Source: Gammaproteobacteria bacterium (GTDB lineage: Bacteria > Pseudomonadota > Gammaproteobacteria > Steroidobacterales > Steroidobacteraceae). Taken from it: a DNA stretch of 64,000 nucleotides. The translations under genes and the position numbers were made by a program. Shown one piece after another: positions 54,694 to 62,553 of this stretch. The notes below the pieces were generated by a model, which searched no databases, was not told where the DNA came from, and saw only the letters and a list, made by a program, of their open reading frames with translations. The stretch lies in assembly GCA_040002315.1 (NCBI GenBank), contig JBDUEQ010000146.1:6009-70008 (forward strand), written 5' to 3'. Each line of letters opens with the position of its first letter. Position 1 is the first letter of the stretch.

Positions 54694-57600
54694 ATGCCAA
54701 GTTCCAAAGGATTGCTCGTCATTGGGGCGACGCCGCGCGAATGGACGCGTTGCCTGCAGGTTTTCGCCGTCACGGCGATAGCCATAGCGGTCGCGTTAAG
54801 TTCCTCCGACGCATCTGCGCAGCAGAGCGGGGCCGGCCGATTCAAGCACTACCCGCGCACCGGCCCGATTGTAGCGCATCGCCAGCCTCTATCGCTGCTG
54901 GCCAAAGAGCGCGTCAAAGTAGTGGTGACGATGAGCGATGAGTCGGTCGCCGAGGCTCGCGCACTCGCACCGGATCATGTCGTGAGCAGGGCAGATCACG
55001 ACGCGATTCAGTCGCGGGTGGCGCATCAGCATGCGTCGCTCGAGCCGGCGATTGCTTCGCGCGGCGGCCGCGTGCTGGCGCACTACCACGCCGCCATGAA
55101 TGGCATGAAGATCGAGATTGCGCGCGGCGAAATCGCCGGCCTGTCGAGCTTGCCCGGCGTCGTTCAAGTCGTTCCGGTACCGAGGTACGCGCTTAACAAC
55201 ACGGTCAGCGTGCCTTATATCGGTGCGCCGGCAGTCTGGCAGGGAACGCCCGCATTCAAGGGTGAGCACGTCAAGATTGCCGTCATTGATACCGGCATCG
55301 ACTACACACACGCGGACTTCGGCGGCCCCGGCACTGTAGATGCGTTCATGGCCGCCGCGGCTACCAGCGCGGCCCCCGCGGATCCGACGATGTTCGGGCC
55401 GAATGCGCCCAAGGTCAAAGGCGGTATCGATCTGGTGGGCGATGACTACGATGCAGACAACGCCGCCAGCGTACCCGCTCCGGATCCGAATCCGCTCGAC
55501 TGCATTGGCCACGGCAGTCATGTGTCGGGCACCGCCGCCGGCTTCGGTGTCGCGAATGACGGCAGCACCTATCACGGACCCTACAACGAGGCTGTCTACA
55601 GCACGGGGTTTGGCATCGGTCCCGGTGTCGCACCGCTCGCCGACCTCTACATGGTGCGCGTTTTCGGCTGTAGCGGCACGACGGATGTAGTCGCCGATGC
55701 CATCGAATGGGCCGTGCAAAATGATATGGACGTGATCAGCATGTCGCTGGGTGCGGCATACGGTCCTGCCTCCAGCTCGGATTCGATTGCCGCTGACAAT
55801 GCCGCGAAGGCCGGCATCATTGTGGTGGCTGCGGCGGGCAACGAAGGACCCGCGCCCTATGTCACCGGCGACCCGGGTTCCGCGACCCGTGCCATCAGTG
55901 TCGCGGCCATGAACGCGCGCCCCTTCCTCGCCAACGGCGTGCATATTGCGTTCTCTTCGGGCGGCGGTGCGAACGGCGTCGAAGCCAACAGCTTGCCGCT
56001 GCCGAACGGCTCTGTGCCGGCGGTGGTGTTGACCACGTCGCCCACGGCGCTCGGCCTAGGCTGCAACGCCACCGACTTTCCGGCGGGCGCAGCGGGCGCG
56101 CTGGTGATCTTGTCGCGCGGCACGTGCTCATTTGTCCAAAAGGCCACAAACGCCGAAGCCGCGGGTGCGGTAGCAGTCGGCGTCGTCAACAATGCTGCGG
56201 GCTTCTTCAGCCCCGCGATCGACGGCGTCACCATTCCTTTCATCGAGCTGCAGATCACCGACGCCGCGACGTTCTTAGCCGTGCCTGCGGGGGCTACCGC
56301 GTCCATAGTTCCGGCGAATGTACCCGACACGACATTCAAGCTGGCGGCCTCATTCAGCTCCGGCGGACCGCGCGATGAGGACGGAGCGCTCAAGCCGAAT
56401 GTCACCGCGCCCGGCGTCAACGTGTTCTCGGTCAACATCGGCAGCGGCAATGGCGGCACCTTCGAATCCGGCACCTCCATGGCGACTCCGCATGTCGCTG
56501 GTGTCGCGGCGCTCGCGGTGCAGGCGCACAGGGACTGGAAGCAGTCGAGTTTGCGCGCGGCGGTCGTCGAGACGGCATCGCCGACGGCACTTCCGGACTA
56601 TGCGCCGCGAATCGAAGGTTCGGGCTTGGTTCAAGCAGTGGGAGCCACCACCACGGATGTCACCGTGCATGGCGACGAGGACGGGAAGATGGGTCTCCTG
56701 TCTTTCGGCGTCGCCGAGCTGACCCGCGACTATCGCGACGAAAAGGACCTCGTCATTCGCAATCACGGACGTTTCCCCGCAGCGTTCACGGCCACCGCCA
56801 CCTCTCCGGGGGGCGTACCGCATACAGTCAGGCTGTCGAGTTCGACGGTGTCCGTCCATGGCCGCGACGAGACGACGCTACGCATGTCGCTCGCGGTTCC
56901 GGCTAAGACCGCCGGCGCCACGCACGACGCGAATGGCGTGGTGTTTACCGATGCTTCCGGCGTGATTACCTTGAATCCGATGTCGTCGGCGAACCACGGT
57001 GTCAGCCTCAATCTGCCGTACTATCTCGTGACTCGGGCGCGCTCCAATGTCGATGCCGATCTGCGCGACGGCAAGACGCAGAGCATTCGCCTGACGAATC
57101 GCAACGGCGTGATTGCCGGCAACGGCGACTTCTACGCCTGGGGACTTAAGAACCCCAAGACCGGGACCATCGATGCGGCCTACGAGCCCCGCGCCGTCGG
57201 CGTCCAGACCAACCCGATATCGGCCACCGACAGCGTTCTGGTGTTCGCCGTGAACACCTATGGCCGCTTCTCTAATCCCGCCGTGGGCGAGTACGACATC
57301 TATATTGACGTCAACGGCGACGGAGTCTATGACTTCATATTGTTCTCTGCGGATGTCGGAGCTGTTGAGCTCGGCGATGCGAACGGTCAGATCGGAACCT
57401 TCCTCGTCGATCTGGCGAGCGGTGCGTTGATCCCGGAATTTCCGGCGGATGCGCCGACAGACGGCTCTACGGTGCTGATGCCGGTGTTGGCTTCCGACTT
57501 GGGGATTTCACCAACCAATCCGCGTTTCACCTACACTGTGGATGCGTATGACAGTTCCGGAGCCGGGGAGTCCTTGGCGGGAACCGCCTCGTTCAATGCC

Positions 57601-57780
57601 TTTGCGCCGGCGATCTCGAACGCCATGTTCGTGTCGGTGCCGCCCAATACGAGCACGAATGTGCCTGTCACCGTCGATAAGGCTGAGCTTAGGAAGACTC
57701 CTGCGCTTGGTTTCATGGTCGTGACGGAAGACAACGTATCGGGAGGGAGCCAAGCCAATCTCTTGAAGTTGTATCACTGA
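54694..57780 (+). CDS. secreted S8-family subtilisin-like peptidase with I9 propeptide, PA insert and ~430-aa C-terminal extension
   Basis: Catalytic triad contexts IAVIDTGIDYTH, HGSHVSGTAAG and GTSMATPHVAGVAAL. PA-domain segment GALVILSRGTCSFVQKATNAEAAGA. Confidence 0.9.
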   Translation: MPSSKGLLVIGATPREWTRCLQVFAVTAIAIAVALSSSDASAQQSGAGRFKHYPRTGPIVAHRQPLSLLAKERVKVVVTMSDESVAEARALAPDHVVSRADHDAIQSRVAHQHASLEPAIASRGGRVLAHYHAAMNGMKIEIARGEIAGLSSLPGVVQVVPVPRYALNNTVSVPYIGAPAVWQGTPAFKGEHVKIAVIDTGIDYTHADFGGPGTVDAFMAAAATSAAPADPTMFGPNAPKVKGGIDLVGDDYDADNAASVPAPDPNPLDCIGHGSHVSGTAAGFGVANDGSTYHGPYNEAVYSTGFGIGPGVAPLADLYMVRVFGCSGTTDVVADAIEWAVQNDMDVISMSLGAAYGPASSSDSIAADNAAKAGIIVVAAAGNEGPAPYVTGDPGSATRAISVAAMNARPFLANGVHIAFSSGGGANGVEANSLPLPNGSVPAVVLTTSPTALGLGCNATDFPAGAAGALVILSRGTCSFVQKATNAEAAGAVAVGVVNNAAGFFSPAIDGVTIPFIELQITDAATFLAVPAGATASIVPANVPDTTFKLAASFSSGGPRDEDGALKPNVTAPGVNVFSVNIGSGNGGTFESGTSMATPHVAGVAALAVQAHRDWKQSSLRAAVVETASPTALPDYAPRIEGSGLVQAVGATTTDVTVHGDEDGKMGLLSFGVAELTRDYRDEKDLVIRNHGRFPAAFTATATSPGGVPHTVRLSSSTVSVHGRDETTLRMSLAVPAKTAGATHDANGVVFTDASGVITLNPMSSANHGVSLNLPYYLVTRARSNVDADLRDGKTQSIRLTNRNGVIAGNGDFYAWGLKNPKTGTIDAAYEPRAVGVQTNPISATDSVLVFAVNTYGRFSNPAVGEYDIYIDVNGDGVYDFILFSADVGAVELGDANGQIGTFLVDLASGALIPEFPADAPTDGSTVLMPVLASDLGISPTNPRFTYTVDAYDSSGAGESLAGTASFNAFAPAISNAMFVSVPPNTSTNVPVTVDKAELRKTPALGFMVVTEDNVSGGSQANLLKLYH

Positions 57781-57786
57781 AGAGTC

Positions 57787-57835
57787 GCGGCCGCGCCGGA
57801 AGCCGTGCAGAGTTCGGCGCGGCCGCTTTATTGTT
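57787..57835 (+). terminator. rho-independent terminator of the S8 peptidase gene
   Basis: GCGGCCGCGCCG (57787-57798) pairs with CGGCGCGGCCGC (57815-57826) around a 16-nt loop. TTTATTGTT follows, 7 nt after the stop codon. Confidence 0.8.
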
Positions 57836-58041
57836 GATTGGATGCACCCTCCCCGGGTGCCCCGTTCGTATTCCCTATTAAAACTCGTAATAGGAGAATG
57901 TGACGTAATTGGCATCCCGTTGCATAGATTGACGGCACCTGTAGCGCTCCGCAGAGTTGTCACGTTTTCCCTACATTAATCAGGTTGGCGCTTGGCTATA
58001 GGTAGTCACCAGCCCACACCTGATTGACTTGGGAGCTTGTG

Positions 58042-59994
58042 ATGCATGATTCGATTCGAGTTCTCGTGGTTGAGCATTCCGACACCGGCCGCTTTCTCGC
58101 GCAGCGCTTATTGGACGATTTCGATCTCGAGTTCACCTGGCAGTGCGTTGCCTCCGAGCCTGAATTGCGCGTCGTTGCGGAGGAGTTCGATCCCAACATC
58201 GTGCTCTGCGTCGATCAGACGGCGGCCAATGCATCGCATGCCTCGCTCGACATGCTGCGGCTGTTGTGTACGCGAAAACCGGTGATACTGATCTCGGAGA
58301 TCAGTGCCGCGAACGAACTGGGGGTGAGCAGGGCTGCCGAGCTGCGGCCGCAGACCCGCCTGCCGGCCGTATGGCCTCCGCAGATCGTCGAATCGCCGAC
58401 GGCCGCCGCCCAGCCTGCCGCATCCATACCGAAGTATCTGCCAGCGATTCTCGAGACGAGCTCGAACGTCGTGGTAATGAGCGACGCTCGCGGCTGGATT
58501 ACATATGCCAGTATCGGCGCCTGCCGACTGTTGCGCGACTCGTGCGATCAGTCGCTCGTGACTCTTCTGGGCACGACAAACGATCAGTGCGTCCGCACCC
58601 CTAGTTGGCTCGATCCCGCAGGCGATGTGCCATCGGGATATAGCGATCACAGACTGGCATTCATTGACGTATGGGAGCCTCTGCCTATCCAGGCTCACGT
58701 GAACGATCTCGTTGGTTGTTTAACCGCGCGCGCACGCGACGACAACAGCGCTCTCGCGCTCGTCGGCCTGAATCTGGATGGATTGCAACTGCTCAACGAA
58801 GCCTATGGATGCGGCATGGGCGACGAGGTGTTGAGTCATGTGAGGTCCGTACTACAGTCCGACATTACCGGGTGCGGCATGGCTGCCCGCGTCGGGCAGG
58901 ACGACTTTGTCGTCGTCCTGCCGCACCTTTCGCATGCTCCGGATGCTGCAATCGCCGTGCAAGGTATCCTGGAGTCGGTTTCGCAGCGCCGCCAGTTGGT
59001 CGAGGTGCAGGGCCGTGTCGACGACGGCACGGATCTGCAGTTGTTTCCGGCGAATGGATTTGAATCGCAGGGCGTGCTGCGCCCGGTATCCGGCATTGTC
59101 CAATCGGAATCGGTTCCTTGGCATGACGAGCAATTGCAGCCGGTCAGCGAGTATCGCTGCGCGTCGCTGTCGCAGCAGGCGCAGATGGATCTCGAGGACG
59201 CCATTCAGCGGCACGCGCTGAGTCTGCAGTATCAGCCGCAATACGAACTGCAAAGCGGCCGCGGCTGCGGGGTCGAAGTGCTGGCACGGTGGACTCGTTC
59301 CAACGGCGAGAGCATGGCGCCGGCGGTGTTCATTCCCTTGGCCGAACGTGGTGGCACGATTCGCATGCTGGGCGCCTGGGTGCTTGACTGCGCCTGCCAA
59401 ACGGCCGCCGGCTGGCGCGGCCGGGACGCGGAGGCCTTGACCGTTTCGGTCAATGTGTCGACCATGCAAATAGATGAACGGTTTTACGGCGTGCTGCTGG
59501 CAATTCTCAAATCTTCCGGCTTTCCTGCATGGCGGCTGGAGCTGGAAATCTCCGAAAGCGCCATCATTGCCAATACCAACCAGACGCTTCACTGCCTGCA
59601 GCAATGGAAGGAGTTAGGTGTCCGCATTGCCGTGAATCATTTTGGCATTGACTACTCGAGCCTGAGCTATCTAGCGAGATTGCGTGTGGACCGCCTAAAG
59701 CTGGACAAGTCCCTTGTCCACAATATGACGCTTAACAAGAAGGGCGAATGCGTCATGAATGCGCTCATTGCGCTCGGAGCGGAATTGGGCGTCGATGTCA
59801 TTGCCGAGGGCGTAGAAACCGAACCGCAATTTCAGATGCTGGCCGACTTGGGCTGCCCGCAGGCACAGGGATACCTGCTCGCTCGGCCAATGCTCGCCAC
59901 GCAGGCTCAGGTCGCGCTGCGCAAATCATGGGGCAATTTACCGCAGACGGCGCATCGAAACCGCGCCGTCGGTCCGCAAATGCAGGCCTCCTAG
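58042..59994 (+). CDS. REC-like + PAS + degenerate GGDEF + EAL signalling protein (putative c-di-GMP phosphodiesterase)
   Basis: The ATG follows gggag. REC-like IRVLVVEHSD...IVLCVDQ and PAS-like LETSSNVVVMSDARGWITYAS. The GGDEF site reads GQDDF. EAL residues are present (EVLARW, ELEISES, AVNHFG, KLDKSLV, AEGVETE, QGYLLARP). Confidence 0.85.
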   Translation: MHDSIRVLVVEHSDTGRFLAQRLLDDFDLEFTWQCVASEPELRVVAEEFDPNIVLCVDQTAANASHASLDMLRLLCTRKPVILISEISAANELGVSRAAELRPQTRLPAVWPPQIVESPTAAAQPAASIPKYLPAILETSSNVVVMSDARGWITYASIGACRLLRDSCDQSLVTLLGTTNDQCVRTPSWLDPAGDVPSGYSDHRLAFIDVWEPLPIQAHVNDLVGCLTARARDDNSALALVGLNLDGLQLLNEAYGCGMGDEVLSHVRSVLQSDITGCGMAARVGQDDFVVVLPHLSHAPDAAIAVQGILESVSQRRQLVEVQGRVDDGTDLQLFPANGFESQGVLRPVSGIVQSESVPWHDEQLQPVSEYRCASLSQQAQMDLEDAIQRHALSLQYQPQYELQSGRGCGVEVLARWTRSNGESMAPAVFIPLAERGGTIRMLGAWVLDCACQTAAGWRGRDAEALTVSVNVSTMQIDERFYGVLLAILKSSGFPAWRLELEISESAIIANTNQTLHCLQQWKELGVRIAVNHFGIDYSSLSYLARLRVDRLKLDKSLVHNMTLNKKGECVMNALIALGAELGVDVIAEGVETEPQFQMLADLGCPQAQGYLLARPMLATQAQVALRKSWGNLPQTAHRNRAVGPQMQAS

Positions 59995-61142
59995 CGGGAT
60001 CGCAACACGCGCAGCTTGCTTTGAAAATCTTCCATGTTGATGTAGGCGCCGCACATATGCCGGTGGCCCTTGAACGTGTGCCGCCCGTGCATGGTGCGCC
60101 AGTTATCGAAGAACAACACCGTTCCCGGCAGCAGCCGCATGGAGATCTCGTGCGCCGGATCGTTGATCAAGCGATGCCAGAGCGCCAATGCGCGATAGAA
60201 CTCGCTCATGCGGGGCGCGGGAAGAATGAACGGCGCTCGATCGTAGTTGTTGTAGGCGATTTGTTTCACGTCGCCGCGATCATCCAGCGCGATGATGGGA
60301 TGCTCGGCTTTCAGGTGGACGCCATCGCCTAAGTAATGTGCCGGCACCTTGATCTCGGTCAACACTTCGAAGGCTTTCGGGTCGCTGTTGCGGATGGTCT
60401 CCGCCACCTTGAAGCCATCTACCAGGGTACTGTCGCCTCCGGAGCCGTCGAATTGCAGGCAGCTGAACATCTGGAAACCCGGCGAATCATTGCTGTAGGT
60501 GCCGTCGGTGTGCGGACCGATGGCGACCGAGGTGTAGGCTGTGTCCTTGAACGCCATGTTGGCGGAGAACTCCCACATGCCCCCAAAAATGGTCTCGCGC
60601 ACGTAGCCCACACGCTTTACCAGGGCCTCAGTCCCGGCCATGGACGCCTCGGCGCCGGTGGTCAGGGCGAAGCCGAATTCCTCGACCAGGGAGAGCCAGC
60701 GCAGCAAGCCGGTATCCGAGCCCATGACTTCCTCGTGGCTCACGCTGGGGAAGTTCTTTCCAATCGTGTCTCGATCCCACAGCGTACGGTGCGGGGCGCG
60801 CGGCCGGCCTTCGTCCTGAGCGATATTCCAAAGGAACTGGGCGGGAAACACGCTGACGCTGTCGTCGTGCCGCCAGACGATTTGCAGCGTGTCGCCGCCG
60901 TCCTTGATCTCGATTCTCGCCGGCGTGATGTCCTGCGGTATCGAAAAGGTATCCACTTCCCGCTGCAGCGTGTCGGCGTTCAGACTGTGCTTGGCATGGC
61001 AGTGATCGCGCAGCCAAAACGGCGAGAAGCGCGCGGGCGCCGCCGTCGTGCTCCACGTCACTTCGACCTGAGCGTCGACGAGCTTGGCGGATTTCAGCAA
61101 CGCCGGGGGTTGGTTGACTTGCTTCGGTAGCGGCTGATTCAT
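59991..61142 (-). CDS. gamma-butyrobetaine hydroxylase-like Fe(II)/2OG dioxygenase (DUF971 + TauD fold)
   Basis: N-terminal DUF971-type segment (VEVTWSTTAAPARFSPFWLRDHC) and TauD-fold ligands (IGPHTDGTY). The C-terminus reads FDNWRTMHGR. Confidence 0.8.
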   Translation of the reverse strand: MNQPLPKQVNQPPALLKSAKLVDAQVEVTWSTTAAPARFSPFWLRDHCHAKHSLNADTLQREVDTFSIPQDITPARIEIKDGGDTLQIVWRHDDSVSVFPAQFLWNIAQDEGRPRAPHRTLWDRDTIGKNFPSVSHEEVMGSDTGLLRWLSLVEEFGFALTTGAEASMAGTEALVKRVGYVRETIFGGMWEFSANMAFKDTAYTSVAIGPHTDGTYSNDSPGFQMFSCLQFDGSGGDSTLVDGFKVAETIRNSDPKAFEVLTEIKVPAHYLGDGVHLKAEHPIIALDDRGDVKQIAYNNYDRAPFILPAPRMSEFYRALALWHRLINDPAHEISMRLLPGTVLFFDNWRTMHGRHTFKGHRHMCGAYINMEDFQSKLRVLRSR

Positions 61143-61354
61143 TTCGAGTGTCGCTTTTGTAAACGATGAGTTACTGAACGATCGTATAATAACAGAATAG
61201 AGCCGTCAATCGGCAGCGTAGTGCTGCGGGAAAAGGTGGGGAGGAGCGCGGCACGCGGGCGGTGCAATGGCGTCGAGGCAATGTCACGTCCCCCTTGCGA
61301 GGATGCCGAGTCCGCCGGGGTCAGGATCCGCCGGCGTGAGTATTGACCCACTGG

Positions 61355-62506
61355 CTATTGCGCCGGCGTGACCGTGGTTTGAGTGCCCGTCACTTCAATC
61401 TCGACCCGGCGATCGGGCTGCAGGCAGGCGATCAAGGCCGGCGTGCGCTTCTCGCCCCGACACTCCTCGGGCTTGGTGACCGGCGCCGACTCGCCATGGC
61501 CTACCGCCGAGATCTTGGCGGCATCGATGCCCTTCGAGTCGACCAGATAGGCCTTGACGGACTCGGCGCGCTGCTCAGAGAGCCGCTGGTTGTAGGCGTC
61601 CGAACCGAGACGGTCGGTATACCCTTCGACCGTGATCGTTCCGTACTTCGTGCCGATCAGTTCCACCGCGAATCGGTCGAGCGCAGCCCTGCCCTCGGGC
61701 CTCACAGTCGCCTTGTCAAATGAGAACAGTGAGTCGGCCGAGAAACTCACTCGCCGATGCTCGATCACGGGCGGGGGCGGTGGTGGCGGAGGGGGCGGTG
61801 GTAGCGGCGGCGGGGGCGGCGGTGGCACGTACGCCGGCGGCGGCGGCGGCGGAGCAACCCGGCCGAGCGGGAATATCAGGTTGATCGAAAACAGGTCGAC
61901 GTCGCCGCGATTGCCGAGGGAGTCGTGAATACGGAAGCGTTGAGCTTCGGCTCGCGCCAGGAAGTGGCGGCTGAACTCGAATTGCATGCCGCCGCCGAAG
62001 TCGTAGCCCAGTTTGCGCTCGCGGGTTTCAGGGTCGCTCAAAACGACCGCGCCGCTGCCGTGAGCGACGTATTTGGCCTCTGAGAATTGCGGTCCCGCCA
62101 ATGCAAACAAAGACAGCCGCGGGGTAAGGGGCAACAGGCCGACCAGGTTGAAATCGATCCCCTGCAGTTTGATTTCGCCGCTCAGTTTTCCCGGCGGCGC
62201 GGTGACCGACGTGAAGCTGAACTTGCCAAGGTTGAAATAGCCGCCCTCGAGCCCGAAGTACTTGTTGAATTGATAGCCGCCGAACGCCTCCCAGGCGAAG
62301 TGCATTTGATTGCGCGTGAATTGCGTCGTTGCGAGTCCTCCAGCAAGCAAGTCATCGGTGATCCTGTTTTCGTCGATATGCGCGCGCGACTGGCCGGCTG
62401 CGAAGCCTCCGTACCAGTAGGCATCGTCATCGGCGACGGCTACGGAGGCCAGCAATGAGCTGACGGCCGTCGCAATGGCCAAGTGCCGGAATTTCGTATT
62501 TTTCAT
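61355..62506 (-). CDS. OmpA-family outer-membrane protein: beta-barrel + polyproline spacer + OmpA peptidoglycan-binding domain
   Basis: The ATG at 62506 gives the signal peptide MKNTKFRHLAIATAVSSLLASVAVA. Barrel repeats (WYGGFAAGQS, GGYQFNKYFGLEGGYF). Spacer PPPPPPAYVPPPPPPPLPPPPPPPPPPPV. OmpA motif TVEGYTDRLGSDAYNQRLSEQRA. Confidence 0.9.
   Translation of the reverse strand: MKNTKFRHLAIATAVSSLLASVAVADDDAYWYGGFAAGQSRAHIDENRITDDLLAGGLATTQFTRNQMHFAWEAFGGYQFNKYFGLEGGYFNLGKFSFTSVTAPPGKLSGEIKLQGIDFNLVGLLPLTPRLSLFALAGPQFSEAKYVAHGSGAVVLSDPETRERKLGYDFGGGMQFEFSRHFLARAEAQRFRIHDSLGNRGDVDLFSINLIFPLGRVAPPPPPPAYVPPPPPPPLPPPPPPPPPPPVIEHRRVSFSADSLFSFDKATVRPEGRAALDRFAVELIGTKYGTITVEGYTDRLGSDAYNQRLSEQRAESVKAYLVDSKGIDAAKISAVGHGESAPVTKPEECRGEKRTPALIACLQPDRRVEIEVTGTQTTVTPAQ
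61768..61853. repeat. G-rich (coding-strand C-rich) low-complexity tract encoding the polyproline spacer
   Basis: The + strand reads gggcgggggcggtggtggcggagggggcggtggtagcggcggcgggggcggcggtggc...ggcggcggcggcggcgg, with multiple GGG/GGGGG runs. Confidence 0.9.
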
Positions 62507-62553
62507 AGCTTGATTCCACACGGGCTTCGGTACCTCGGTGATGACGACGTTGC

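Noticed and set aside
54889-55944. 351-aa reverse ORF within the S8 peptidase gene
   Set aside because: It is antisense to the Asp/His catalytic motifs of the subtilase. Its Arg/Gly-rich sequence looks like an artefact.
60336-61130. 264-aa forward ORF within the butyrobetaine-hydroxylase-like gene
   Set aside because: It is an antisense mirror frame with no motif. The reverse frame has DUF971 and TauD-fold signatures.
61329-61371. 11-nt direct repeat CGCCGGCGTGA flanking the OmpA stop codon
   Set aside because: It is a short GC-rich repeat that could arise by chance. It has no associated inverted repeat or mobile-element feature.
61632-61928. 98-aa forward ORF encoding a polyglycine run (GGGGGGGGGGSGGGGGGG)
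   Set aside because: It is simply the complement of the polyproline-coding tract of the OmpA gene.
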